Source: an uncultured Candidatus Competibacteraceae bacterium (GTDB lineage: Bacteria; Bacteroidota; Bacteroidia; CAIKAF01). From it: a DNA stretch of 64,000 bases. Location of the stretch: contig CAZJFM010000007.1 in NCBI GenBank assembly GCA_964545365.1, positions 573-64,572 of the forward strand. The letters run 5' to 3'. Below are positions 27,625 through 37,537 of this stretch, in pieces. The position numbers and the translations under genes were made by a program. The notes under the pieces are model-generated. The model ran no database searches and was not told the origin of the DNA. It saw only the letters and a list, made by a program, of their open reading frames with translations. Position 1 is the first letter of the stretch. Each line of letters opens with the position of its first letter.

Positions 27625-27715
27625 CCTCAAGCCGCTTAGGCGGGGCGGCGCTCCGGGGTCCCCCGAAGTTTCGGGGGCCTCCTCGCTGCACGCCCCGCCA
27701 AAGCGCCTTAAGGGA
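27625..27715. repeat. GC-rich palindromic intergenic element, family 1, copy B (inverted orientation)
   Basis: The reverse-complement core GGAGGCCCCCGaaacTTCGGGGGACCCCGG matches copy A except for the 5-nt loop. The outer stem is GGCGGGGCG/CGCCCCGCC. Confidence 0.6.
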
Positions 27716-27718
27716 AAG

Positions 27719-28354
27719 CTACCTGCTTCCATCAGGGGCCGAAATCCACGCACTAAACTCTCCCAACATAATGGCTGTTGCTCCCCATACCCATTCTTGC
27801 TCCAACCAAAATCCCTTAGTATTCAAGGACATTCCTGAGGCAAGGGACAGCCGACGCTGACCTATCTCAGGCTCAGGAAATACTTTAGACAAAGGCATGG
27901 GATGCACCGAAGCCACTTCTTTAACTTCTCTTACAAATTCTAATGGACGTTCACTTATGGCCACAAAGGCTTGGACCCAAAAATTGCTTGGGGGAATGTA
28001 CAAAGGACTTAAAGCCGCAATCATGCGGTAGGCCTCCGATTTAACCCCTAGCTCCTCCATCATTTCTCTTTGGGCAGCCGCTCCCTTGTGCGTGTCCAAG
28101 GGCTCAATTTTTCCGCCCGGAAGTCCCATTTGGTGGTCATGAACTCCACCGCCTGAACTCCGTTTGATTAAAGGAATATGCCACTGACCCTGAGCATTGG
28201 GGTAGAGTAAAATAAGGACCTCGCTTTCTTTAGGTTTTACACCTCTTGGAGGCGACAAAGGGCGCCCACCTACTAAGTAAGGGTTCTCTCCAAAACCGGG
28301 ACTTGGGGTTTGGGCGCAACGTTCCAACCGTTGCTTTAAAGCCTCTGAAGTCAT
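27719..28354 (-). CDS. Nudix hydrolase, CoA pyrophosphatase-like
   Basis: Nudix box GLPGGKIEPLDTHKGAAAQREMMEELGV. The upstream LIKRS…H motif is typical of NudL-type enzymes. Confidence 0.65.
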   Translation of the reverse strand: MTSEALKQRLERCAQTPSPGFGENPYLVGGRPLSPPRGVKPKESEVLILLYPNAQGQWHIPLIKRSSGGGVHDHQMGLPGGKIEPLDTHKGAAAQREMMEELGVKSEAYRMIAALSPLYIPPSNFWVQAFVAISERPLEFVREVKEVASVHPMPLSKVFPEPEIGQRRLSLASGMSLNTKGFWLEQEWVWGATAIMLGEFSAWISAPDGSR

Positions 28355-28435
28355 ATGCAAATCTCGTAATTTTTAAAAGCTAAGCGATGTTTTAGCCTAT
28401 GGCAAGGCGCTGTGCATTTTGTGTATTTTCGTGGC

Positions 28436-29986
28436 ATGCGTTCAATTGCATGGATTTTGCTGGCATGTTGTATTGCAAGTTGCGGACGAGAGGAACATGC
28501 AGACAAAAGGATATTTAAGTACAACGAGCATTCGGGTATAACCTCGCTCGACCCGATCTATGCCCGAAATTTGGCCAATATTTGGGCGGTAAGTCAAATC
28601 TATGAGGGCCTTACTCGCTTGGATTCCGATGGAAAAGTTGTGCCGGCCCTTGCGCTTTCTTGGTCTTGCGATTCCTTAGCTCAAAGCTGGACTTTTGTTT
28701 TACGACAGCAAGTGTATTGGCATCCGCATCCCCAGCTAAAACCGGGGGCTACATTTTGTCCCGAGGATGCCAAAGCTTCTTTAGAAAGGGCGGCAAATCA
28801 TCCTTTTACTCAGTGGCTTTTAGCCGATTTAGACAGCATTTGGGTTTCCGATAGCCACCAGCTTTCTATTGCTTTTAGTGGGCCAAAGCCTCAATTACCG
28901 GCCTTGCTTTCCATGCCTACCTTGGCGCTTTTGCCCAAAGAAATTTTGGAAAATGAGCAGTTGAGAAGCAAACCTTCCGGTACCGGCCCTTTTCATTTGG
29001 TGGCTTGGCACGAGCAAGAAAAGATGGTGTTGCGACGCTTTGAGGACTATTGGATGCAAGAACAGGGCAACCAACTTCCGTATTTAGACGGCATAAGCAT
29101 TTCCTTTGTGAAAGACCTGCAAACGGCCAAATTGGACTTTTTGTTGGGGCGTTTGCACATGCTTCAAGGAGCTGAACCGGCATTGCAGGAGAGTCTTCGT
29201 CAAGAAATTAAAAAAGGGTCTGATTTTAAGGAGATTAATGGCATTTACTTAAACATAGAGTACATTGGCTTTCGTTTGGGTTCCAAGCATCCTGTTTGTC
29301 AAAAACCATTGCTTCGAAAGGCCTTAGCTGCCGCTTTAAACAAGGAGGAACTCATTCGCGAAGTGCGGGCCGGCTTGGGTGAGCCTGCAAATCGAGGGTT
29401 TTGCCCTCCGGTGCTTAGTTCAGGGGGAGTTCCTGTGGAAAAAATTTATCCCGATTCCATAGCCTTCTGGGTGCAGGAAGCCGGTTTTGAAAACCCCTCG
29501 CAAGTTCCTGAATTTGTGTTGCACACAGACCCTGCTTATGCTGCATTTACTACGGCCATTGTGGGTCAATGGAGGGCTGCAGGCTTTCAAGTGCGTTCAG
29601 AAATTATGGATAGAAGCAGTCTAAAAGCCGCTGTGGCTCAAGGGCAGTTGGATTGTTTTAGAGCTTCGTGGATTGCAGATTATCCCGATCCATTGAACGT
29701 CCTTTCTTTGTTCGATGCGGATTTAAAAGCTCCCAATGGCCCTAACTATACGCAGTTTGAACACCCGGAGGTACAAGAATTGTTGCAAAAAGCGGCTCGG
29801 CTGGCTCCTGGGCCCGAAAGGCAGGCATTGGTGCGGCAAATTGAATGGCTGTTAAGACAAGAAATGCCTGTTATACCTGTGTATTACGACGTTTCTCAAC
29901 GTTTTATCGGGTCGAATGTAACAGGCATGGAGCCCAATCCAATGAACCATCTGGATTTACGGAAGGTACGCTTAGAAGCTCCCTAG
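28436..29986 (+). CDS. Family-5 ABC substrate-binding lipoprotein (oligopeptide/nickel type), orphan
   Basis: Lipobox LLACCIASCG. SBP_bac_5 N-terminal pattern (…YNEHSGITSLDPIYARNLANIWAVSQIYEGLTRLD…). No adjacent permease or ATPase genes. Confidence 0.65.
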   Translation: MRSIAWILLACCIASCGREEHADKRIFKYNEHSGITSLDPIYARNLANIWAVSQIYEGLTRLDSDGKVVPALALSWSCDSLAQSWTFVLRQQVYWHPHPQLKPGATFCPEDAKASLERAANHPFTQWLLADLDSIWVSDSHQLSIAFSGPKPQLPALLSMPTLALLPKEILENEQLRSKPSGTGPFHLVAWHEQEKMVLRRFEDYWMQEQGNQLPYLDGISISFVKDLQTAKLDFLLGRLHMLQGAEPALQESLRQEIKKGSDFKEINGIYLNIEYIGFRLGSKHPVCQKPLLRKALAAALNKEELIREVRAGLGEPANRGFCPPVLSSGGVPVEKIYPDSIAFWVQEAGFENPSQVPEFVLHTDPAYAAFTTAIVGQWRAAGFQVRSEIMDRSSLKAAVAQGQLDCFRASWIADYPDPLNVLSLFDADLKAPNGPNYTQFEHPEVQELLQKAARLAPGPERQALVRQIEWLLRQEMPVIPVYYDVSQRFIGSNVTGMEPNPMNHLDLRKVRLEAP

Positions 29987-29994
29987 AGCCTTTG

Positions 29995-32634
29995 TTAGTT
30001 ATTAAACCAACCTTGCTGACGATTGAGTTTAAGGGCCTGTAGCAGCGTGCTTTTTACGTTGATGGTAAAGTTGTAGCTTTTTCTAAATCCAAAGGGAATA
30101 ACGCTAAACCGCATTTCCCAGCAGTGCATGTCCCGGTAAATTTCAAAGCTGGAGGTGGTAATTTGATCGTTGGCCAAATCGTAATTTACGTCGGCAACTA
30201 CTTTCCACTTGGGTGTTAGGTTAAGTTCTCCTCGGACCCCAATGGTATGAGTTAGCGTGCTTCGGTCAAAGGGACGATTGTACACGATATTGTAATTCAG
30301 CCCCAAACTGTAAGGCACATTAAAATCTACAAAATATCGGTCGTACATGGGGTCGTTAAGTACCGCCTTTTCTTGTTCGTTAAGTTGGCTTTGGTCCTGC
30401 TTTCTTTGGCCTCGCAGGGTGAAATTCAAGGCTAAATTCATATTGGTGAGGCGAAACAGACCTCCTTTTTCCCATTCGAATCGATTGATTCTTCTTGGAG
30501 AATTATTGATGTACTGGAACTGATAGGGGTCAAAAGCCATATTCAGGTTAATGCCAATTAGGTCGAACAGAGTTGTACGTCCACCTATGGTTAAGGGGCT
30601 AAGATTTAAGGAGTCACGTGCCAAATCGTAGCTGATGTTTAGCCGGAGTTGCTCAATCAATGGAATGCGTTTGTCTTCCAAAACCGAGTCTTTGGCTGAA
30701 GGCCCCAATTTAGCTTCTAAACGGTTGTTTATGCCCAAACTTACAATGCCAGCTTGGCCTTGGGCGCTGGCGCCATATAAACCGATTTGATTTGGACTGT
30801 AGCTGGCTACGGAGCCGTTTGGTCCATAATAGCCCGTTCTATAATCTCCCAAATCTGGACGGTAGGTAAAGTTGAGCGCAGGCGAAAGGGTGTGCCGTAT
30901 TCCTTTTAATCGTTTGCTTTTAAAGCGCAGGGTTGAAAAAACATTGGTAGAAAGGTTGGCAGAGATATCCAACTGTCTGGCTGAACTGAATTTGCGAAGG
31001 GTGTCGTTGAGTACGGTTTGAGAACTGGGGTCGAAATTTCGTTCCAGAGCCCATAAGTGCCAACGCTCATCGTATCTAACCTGAGGGGTTAAGAAGAAAA
31101 ATTTCAGCAGGGTTAGGTTGGTATTCATGTTTAACTCATGGCGCATGCCTGCGTTGGTATTTCCAATTTCTCGCATAGGATTTGCAGACAACAGGCTGTC
31201 TAAGGTGGTAATTTGGTTGGCTGTCTGCAACCTATAGGTTAGACCTATGTTCTCGTACCATCTGGGCTTACCAAGAGCCTGAGCCCGTTTGAATGGATTG
31301 ATACGGCTCATATTTAATACCAGCTCAGGCAAGGTAAAGGTTACTGCTCCGGTTTGTGTGTTTTGAAAATGCCTTAAGCCGCCGGTCAGGTTAAATGGAC
31401 TGCCTCTAAAAGATTTAGAAAAGTTAATGTTCGAGTTGAACTGGTTTTGTACAATGCCCTCTACATTACCGCTGTTGAGTCGGTTAAATCCCTGCGTTTG
31501 GACATTAACGTCGGCTTTAAAGGTAAAGGTGGGATGAGATTTTGGATCCTGTTGGTGATTCCAATGGAAACTAAAATCTCGACTCAAACTAAAATCCTCC
31601 AAAATTTGGGGGTCACCCGATTGAAACTGAGAAAATTTTACGCTAACCTCTCCTTGATTTTTGTATCTGTTTTTGTAGCGAAGCTGGGTTCTTGCGCCAA
31701 AACTAAGGCTGGTAAAAATATCGCCTGTAACCATAAGGTCCAGCTTGTCGCTTAAGGAAAAATAATAGCCAAAATTTCTAAGGAAAAAGCCAAAGCCTTC
31801 TTGCTCTCCATATTCCGGGAAAATAATGCCGGAGCTACGTGTTTCCTGGCTTGGGAAAAAACCAAAGGGCAGGGCCAATGGAGTAGGGACTTCGGAGATT
31901 CTTAACACAGCAGGACCGGTGACCACTTTGTCGTCCGGTATTACTTTGGCCTTGCCAGTGGCTATGTCAAAGTGGGGGTGTTCTTTATCCGAGCAGGTAG
32001 TGAACCGGGCGTTTTTGATGTACAATACCTCATTTGCTTCTTTTTTAGCCAAATCGCCATGCAAATAGGTTTCGCCATCCTGGGTTACCGCATCGCGGAT
32101 TAAACCTCGTTTGGTTTTGAAATTATAATCCATTTCTATGGCATCAAAGGCATCTTGCCCTTCGGCAAAATAGGGCCTGCCATGAGGGTTTCCGGAGCTG
32201 TCCCTTCGTGGTTCGGCATGGAGCCTGGTGGTTTCCATGTCAATTTCCATATAGCCTGCATCTAAGGCTATACTTTCGTAATTTACTTTTACACTGTCGT
32301 AAAAGAAAAGTCTTCGGTTTTTGACGTTAAACACAATGGAATCGCCTGCCTCATACTCCACAGGGGCATCCAGTGGACTTGGTTTGGCAGGCTTTCCGGA
32401 GTCAGGCGGTGTGGCTGTACTGTCTGGATTTTGGAGGGTTGGGGCTTCCAGTTTTGTACTGTCGTTTGATTGCGAGAGAATAGGGCTCGGGCTGGCAAGT
32501 GTTGTACTATCTGCGAAACCTTTGCCTTGTCGTCCTTCGGGGGCATTGCTTGTCTCTTTTTGACCACGACACCCCACCAGAATTGTTATTAACCCTGTGA
32601 AGAAAAAAATGGATATGTAGCGGAAGCCCTTCAA
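29995..32634 (-). CDS. Large outer-membrane protein, LptD (OstA)-like LPS assembly protein
   Basis: 879 aa with a signal/lipobox (ILVGC). N-terminal OstA-like region (…IKNARFTTC…PHFDIATGKAKVIPDDKVVTGPAVLRISEVP…). C-terminal Y/N/F-rich beta-barrel. Confidence 0.5.
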   Translation of the reverse strand: MKGFRYISIFFFTGLITILVGCRGQKETSNAPEGRQGKGFADSTTLASPSPILSQSNDSTKLEAPTLQNPDSTATPPDSGKPAKPSPLDAPVEYEAGDSIVFNVKNRRLFFYDSVKVNYESIALDAGYMEIDMETTRLHAEPRRDSSGNPHGRPYFAEGQDAFDAIEMDYNFKTKRGLIRDAVTQDGETYLHGDLAKKEANEVLYIKNARFTTCSDKEHPHFDIATGKAKVIPDDKVVTGPAVLRISEVPTPLALPFGFFPSQETRSSGIIFPEYGEQEGFGFFLRNFGYYFSLSDKLDLMVTGDIFTSLSFGARTQLRYKNRYKNQGEVSVKFSQFQSGDPQILEDFSLSRDFSFHWNHQQDPKSHPTFTFKADVNVQTQGFNRLNSGNVEGIVQNQFNSNINFSKSFRGSPFNLTGGLRHFQNTQTGAVTFTLPELVLNMSRINPFKRAQALGKPRWYENIGLTYRLQTANQITTLDSLLSANPMREIGNTNAGMRHELNMNTNLTLLKFFFLTPQVRYDERWHLWALERNFDPSSQTVLNDTLRKFSSARQLDISANLSTNVFSTLRFKSKRLKGIRHTLSPALNFTYRPDLGDYRTGYYGPNGSVASYSPNQIGLYGASAQGQAGIVSLGINNRLEAKLGPSAKDSVLEDKRIPLIEQLRLNISYDLARDSLNLSPLTIGGRTTLFDLIGINLNMAFDPYQFQYINNSPRRINRFEWEKGGLFRLTNMNLALNFTLRGQRKQDQSQLNEQEKAVLNDPMYDRYFVDFNVPYSLGLNYNIVYNRPFDRSTLTHTIGVRGELNLTPKWKVVADVNYDLANDQITTSSFEIYRDMHCWEMRFSVIPFGFRKSYNFTINVKSTLLQALKLNRQQGWFNN

Positions 32635-32664
32635 GTCTGGCCTTAAATTTGCACTAACTCAACT

Positions 32665-33843
32665 ATGATGTGGGCAAAGCTAATTAAAAGGCAGGTGCAA
32701 TTCATGAGCAAGCGAAGCTTAGCCGTCGGCTTGTGGTTGATAGGCTCATGTGTTTTTGCGCAAGGAGTAAAAACGGTGGTTATTGATGCCGGGCATGGGG
32801 GAAAAGATCCAGGTTGCCATGGAAGCATGATCAATGAAAAGGAAGTGTGTCTCAACATATCGCTCGCCCTAGGTGCACTCATAAAAGAGTACTTTCCTGA
32901 TGTAAAGGTTGTATATACCCGCAAAACCGATGTGTTTGTTGAGCTTTATAAACGTGCTTCTATTGCCAATAAAGCCAAAGCAGATTTATTTATATGCATC
33001 CATGTAAATGCTGCGGGAAGTGCCGCCGCACATGGCGCCGAAACTTATGTATTGGGACTTCACCGAACCGATGACAATTTGGCCGTGGCCAAGCGTGAAA
33101 ACGCAGCGGTCGTTTTGGAGGATAATTACGAAGAAAATTACGAGGGTTTTGACCCCAATTCGGACGAAGGAAACATCATTTTTTCCTTGTATCAATCGGC
33201 CTACTTAAATCAGAGCTTGGAGTTTGCCGGCCATGTGCAACATTATTTTGTGGAGCATGCCGGACGACACAACCGGGGCGTTCGTCAGGCTGGTTTTTTG
33301 GTATTGGTCAAAACCGCCATGCCCTCTGTGCTCATTGAAACCGGTTTTGCTACCAATCCGGCCGAAGAAAAGTTTCTGGCCTCCAAGCAAGGAGTGCAAA
33401 AAATGGCCGAATCCTTGTTTATGGCTTTTGCTCGCTATAAAAAGTCGCGCGAAGGAGCCAAATATGCCGGTATGGCTAAGGTTTTTCCTCATTTAAAAGA
33501 GCACCATAGTCCCGGAAGCCATGCTCCTTCCTCAGAAAGTCCTGAGGCTCCCCCCGCTAAGTCTAAGGAGGGTGTCCACTTTGCCGTGCAATTTATGTCC
33601 TCAAAAGAGCAAATTCCGCTGAGTGACCCTAGGTTGAAAAAGATTCCTGAAGTTCATGTGTACGACCAAAACGACGGGTGGTACAGGTATTTAAGTGGTT
33701 GGACTTCAAATTACAATGAAATCCTAAGCATTAAAGATAACGTACACAGCCTGGGGTATACCGATGCTTTTTTGGTGGCCTACAACAATGGACAGAAAAT
33801 TGGAATAAGCGAAGCTTTAAGCATAGTCGGCAAAAAGGACTAA
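32665..33843 (+). CDS. N-acetylmuramoyl-L-alanine amidase (Amidase_3) with C-terminal SPOR-like domain
   Basis: VVIDAGHGGKDPG…ADLFICIHVNA…GAETYV…GVRQAGFLVL are Amidase_3 blocks. The likely true start is the internal MSKRSLAV. Confidence 0.8.
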   Translation: MMWAKLIKRQVQFMSKRSLAVGLWLIGSCVFAQGVKTVVIDAGHGGKDPGCHGSMINEKEVCLNISLALGALIKEYFPDVKVVYTRKTDVFVELYKRASIANKAKADLFICIHVNAAGSAAAHGAETYVLGLHRTDDNLAVAKRENAAVVLEDNYEENYEGFDPNSDEGNIIFSLYQSAYLNQSLEFAGHVQHYFVEHAGRHNRGVRQAGFLVLVKTAMPSVLIETGFATNPAEEKFLASKQGVQKMAESLFMAFARYKKSREGAKYAGMAKVFPHLKEHHSPGSHAPSSESPEAPPAKSKEGVHFAVQFMSSKEQIPLSDPRLKKIPEVHVYDQNDGWYRYLSGWTSNYNEILSIKDNVHSLGYTDAFLVAYNNGQKIGISEALSIVGKKD

Positions 33844-33876
33844 GTTTGTGTCCTTATGCATTTTTAAACGCATAAC

Positions 33877-34827
33877 GTGAAGATTAAAATAAGCAGAGAA
33901 GCACGGATTGGATTGTTGGTAACCCTCACCTTGGCAGGAAGTATTTGGGGGTTTTATTACCTCAAAGGCATTGATTTGTTCATTACCTCTCGGTCCTATT
34001 TTGTGGTGTACCCGCATGCCGGTTTTATAGAGCCCGCCACTCCGGTGGTCGTAAACGGATACCAAGTGGGTATGGTAGCTGAAACAGAACTGCTTGATGG
34101 TTCTATGGGAACCATTTTGGTAAAGTTGCGCATCAACGAAGACGATTTGTTTATTGATAAGGCCACCACAGCAACCATTACCTCTCCCGGGCTTATTTCT
34201 TCCAACGTTATTGACTTGGAGTTGGGCAGGAGCGGTGTGGCCGCTGAAGAGGGAGATACCCTCACCGCCGGCGAATCCGTAGGCCTTGAAGCCACCGTTA
34301 TGAACATGGTAGCTCCTATTTCGGATAAGGCCAACCGCTTACTTGCAAGCCTGGATTCAGCCATGCAGCCTGTAAATAAACACCTTCCCGGAATCCTGGA
34401 GAACTTAGAAAGTACCAGCAACCAAGTGGATGTAATGCTGGCCGAGAATCAGCAAAACCTTAAATCCTCCCTCAAAAGCTTGCGCGAAGTAATGGCTACC
34501 TTGGAGTCCAATAAAGGAAAACTGGATTCCATATTTGCTCAAGCCGATCGCTTCACCGACACACTTGCAGCTATGCCGCTTAGAAACACGCTTGACCGGG
34601 TTTCTAAGGCAGTCCAAGGAGTGGAAACACTATTGGCAGGGATTCAAGAAGGAGAAGGCAGTCTTGGCGCTTTGGTAAAGGACCGCAGTTTGTATAATAA
34701 GCTGGATAGCGCCTCCTTAAATCTTTCGAATCTGCTCTACGACTTAGAGCACCATCCCGAACGCTACTTGCACTTTTCTTTGATTCATATCAACAAGGCC
34801 AAGAAAAAGAAGGATGACACGCCGTAA
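33877..34827 (+). CDS. MlaD/MCE-family protein
   Basis: N-terminal TM helix and the MCE domain (…VVYPHAGFIEPATPVVVNGYQVGMV…) with a coiled-coil C-terminus. Confidence 0.7.
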   Translation: MKIKISREARIGLLVTLTLAGSIWGFYYLKGIDLFITSRSYFVVYPHAGFIEPATPVVVNGYQVGMVAETELLDGSMGTILVKLRINEDDLFIDKATTATITSPGLISSNVIDLELGRSGVAAEEGDTLTAGESVGLEATVMNMVAPISDKANRLLASLDSAMQPVNKHLPGILENLESTSNQVDVMLAENQQNLKSSLKSLREVMATLESNKGKLDSIFAQADRFTDTLAAMPLRNTLDRVSKAVQGVETLLAGIQEGEGSLGALVKDRSLYNKLDSASLNLSNLLYDLEHHPERYLHFSLIHINKAKKKKDDTP

Positions 34828-34885
34828 ACGGATTAATCCCCGCATGCAAACTTTCCTTGCCTTTTTGTAGTTTCGTAAGTGAGCC

Positions 34886-36235
34886 TTGCTTGTATTGCTA
34901 ATTAATGAGGATTGGATGATTGAACAAATAGCTTTTGCTTTAGCCTTAGGCCTTGCCACCTTCCTTTTTGTGAAAAGCATAAAGAGGATTCGAAGAAATA
35001 TTTTCTTGGGCCGACCACTGCCTCTGAACGACAGAAAATCAGAACGTTGGAAACTTATGGCCATGGTGGCCATGGGGCAGTCCAAAATGGTGAAACGTCC
35101 TGTGGCAGGCTTTTTTCACTTCCTTATCTATGCGGGTTTTGTACTCATTAATATTGAGGTTTTGGAAATTGTCTTGGATGGACTTTTAGGAACCCATCGA
35201 CTGTTTTCCGCACCCTTAGGAGGTTTTTACCCTATTGTTATTGGCTTTTTTGAAGTTTTAGCTGTGGCCGTTTTATTGGCCTGTGTGGTTTTTCTCTACC
35301 GAAGGCATATTAGTAAGGTACGCCGCCTGAATTTGCGTGAAATGAAAGGTTGGCCGCAAAAAGATGCTACCAATATATTGGTCATTGAAATCGTGTTGAT
35401 GCTTGCTCTACTGGTGATGAATGCAGCAGAAGGTGCATTCCCTGAACCTTACCAAACACCGGCTCCTTTTCTAGTTAGCGGTCTGTTAAGTCCAATATTT
35501 GCCGGATGGAGCTACGAAAGCCTGCATGTTTTAGAACGCGTTTGTTGGTGGGGACACATTTTAGGCATCTTGGCATTTTTGAATTACTTACCCTTCTCCA
35601 AGCACTTTCACATTATTTTGGCATTTCCTACGGTATGGTACAGCAAGCTTAAGCCCAAGGGAGCCTTCGATAATTTAGAGGCCGTTAAAAAAGAGGTAGA
35701 GCTCATGATGGATCCCAACGCAGATCCGTATGCAGCACCTGCTCCTGATGCCTCCACCGAGCCCGTAAAATTTGGGGCAAAAGACGTGCGCGATTTGTCA
35801 TGGAAGCAATTGCTGGACGCATACAGCTGCACGGAATGCGGCAGATGTACCTCTGAATGTCCGGCAAACCAAACCGGTAAACTGCTTTCTCCACGCAAAA
35901 TCATGATGGATACCCGCGACCGACTCGAAGAAGTGGGTAAGGGGATAGACGCGCAGGGACCTGACTTTAAGGACGAGAAGCAGCTGCTTGGCGATTATAT
36001 CAGCGAGGAAGAGCTATGGGCGTGCACTACCTGCAATGCCTGCACAGAGGCTTGCCCGGTTAATTTAGACCCCCTTAGCATTATCGTTGATTTGCGTAGA
36101 GATTTGGTAATGGAGCAATCCAAGGCCCCGGCTTCGCTCAATGCAATGTTTACTAATGTAGAAAACAACGGCGCCCCTTGGCAGTTTTCGCCGCAAGACC
36201 GAGGAAAATGGGCCGAAGAATTATCCCAATCATGA
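34886..36235 (+). CDS. Membrane-anchored 4Fe-4S dicluster protein (HdrD/GlpC-like, N-terminal domain)
   Basis: Five or six TM helices, then two CxxCxxCxxxCP ferredoxin motifs (CTECGRCTSECP and CTTCNACTEACP). Confidence 0.6.
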   Translation: MLVLLINEDWMIEQIAFALALGLATFLFVKSIKRIRRNIFLGRPLPLNDRKSERWKLMAMVAMGQSKMVKRPVAGFFHFLIYAGFVLINIEVLEIVLDGLLGTHRLFSAPLGGFYPIVIGFFEVLAVAVLLACVVFLYRRHISKVRRLNLREMKGWPQKDATNILVIEIVLMLALLVMNAAEGAFPEPYQTPAPFLVSGLLSPIFAGWSYESLHVLERVCWWGHILGILAFLNYLPFSKHFHIILAFPTVWYSKLKPKGAFDNLEAVKKEVELMMDPNADPYAAPAPDASTEPVKFGAKDVRDLSWKQLLDAYSCTECGRCTSECPANQTGKLLSPRKIMMDTRDRLEEVGKGIDAQGPDFKDEKQLLGDYISEEELWACTTCNACTEACPVNLDPLSIIVDLRRDLVMEQSKAPASLNAMFTNVENNGAPWQFSPQDRGKWAEELSQS

Positions 36236-37020
36236 GTGATTTTAAAGTAGCAACTATGGCCGAAATGGCCGCCGAAGGTAAAAGCCCCGATGTGCTCTTT
36301 TGGGTAGGTTGCGCCGGTAGTTTCGACGACCGTGCCAAACGAGTAACCAAAAGCCTAGCCAAAATTCTGCACTCCATCGGCCTTTCATTTGCTATTCTAG
36401 GCTCAGAAGAATCTTGTACCGGCGATCCGGCCAAAAGAGCCGGAAATGAATTTCTATTCCAAATGATGGCTTTTCAAAACATTCAGGTGTTGAATGGGTA
36501 TGGGGTAAAACGAATAGTAACTGCCTGTCCTCATTGTTTTAATACGCTCCGAAACGAGTATCCTGAGCTGGGTGGACATTTTGAAGTGGTGCATCATAGC
36601 CAATTGCTCCAACAATTGCTCAACGAAGGCAAACTCCGCATTGAAGGAGGCTCTTTTAAAGGCAAGCGAATTACTTTTCACGACCCTTGCTACTTAGGGC
36701 GGGCAAACGAGGAGTATGAAGCCCCCAGAGCCCTTATTCAAAAGCTCGATGCAGAAATGCTCGAAATGAAACGAAGCCGCGCTAAAGGGCTTTGTTGTGG
36801 TGCCGGTGGGGCGCAAATGTTTAAAGAAGCAGAACCCGGCGATAGAGAAGTGAACCATGCCCGCGCCGAAGAGGCCTTAGAGCTAAAACCCGATGTGATT
36901 GCCGTGGGCTGCCCCTTTTGCAATACCATGATGACCGACGGAGTAAAACATTACGAAAAAGAAACCCAAACTTCGGTGCTCGACCTCGCCGAATTAATTG
37001 CCCAAGCCAATGATCTTTGA
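36232..37020 (+). CDS. CCG-domain (cysteine-rich) Fe-S protein, HdrD C-terminal-like
   Basis: Two CCG motifs (…TACPHCFNTL… and GLCCGAGG…GCPFCNTM). Its start overlaps the upstream stop as ATGA. Confidence 0.6.
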   Translation: MSDFKVATMAEMAAEGKSPDVLFWVGCAGSFDDRAKRVTKSLAKILHSIGLSFAILGSEESCTGDPAKRAGNEFLFQMMAFQNIQVLNGYGVKRIVTACPHCFNTLRNEYPELGGHFEVVHHSQLLQQLLNEGKLRIEGGSFKGKRITFHDPCYLGRANEEYEAPRALIQKLDAEMLEMKRSRAKGLCCGAGGAQMFKEAEPGDREVNHARAEEALELKPDVIAVGCPFCNTMMTDGVKHYEKETQTSVLDLAELIAQANDL

Positions 37021-37486
37021 GATCCCAAAAGAATTTTCCGATCAAACCAAACTGTGGTTTTTCTTGGCAGAAAAACCCTTTTCGGATCAGCAAACAGAGT
37101 CCATTCGCCAGGCATCCGTGCACTTTACCCAAGAATGGGCAGCCCATGGCAAAGCCTTGAGAGCTGCGCTTCATGTGGTGCAAAACCAGGCCTTGGTGCT
37201 TATGGCCGATGAATCGGTGCAACAAGCCACCGGTTGCTCCATCGATAAAGCCATGCATTTTATACGGGATTGGGAACAAAAACTAGGCATTAGACTCACC
37301 AATAGAATGTTGCTGCCTCTTTTAACCAAGGAAGGCTTAAAGATCATTTCTCCTGATGACCTGGAAAAAACAGGAATTATTGAATCGAAGCTTTGGAACG
37401 TATATGTTGATAGGGCAGGAGAGTACAGAAGAAACGCTACCATTCCACTGGCTCAAAGTTGGGCTGCAAGATATTTGCCTGTTTAG
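37010..37486 (+). CDS. Hypothetical protein (about 158 aa)
   Basis: Intact ORF with coding-like composition. No motif recognised. Confidence 0.35.
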   Translation: MIFEIPKEFSDQTKLWFFLAEKPFSDQQTESIRQASVHFTQEWAAHGKALRAALHVVQNQALVLMADESVQQATGCSIDKAMHFIRDWEQKLGIRLTNRMLLPLLTKEGLKIISPDDLEKTGIIESKLWNVYVDRAGEYRRNATIPLAQSWAARYLPV

Positions 37487-37537
37487 TATTGCAGATTCTC
37501 TACGAACTACTATCTTTGCACCTCCAAAGAGATTAAC

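Noticed and set aside
37010-37486. 162-aa ORF between the Fe-S pair and rpmE2, as a possible third subunit of the Fe-S complex
   Set aside because: It has no cysteine motifs or TM helices and is a slightly overlapping separate reading frame. It is kept as a hypothetical CDS only; I could not support a functional link from sequence.
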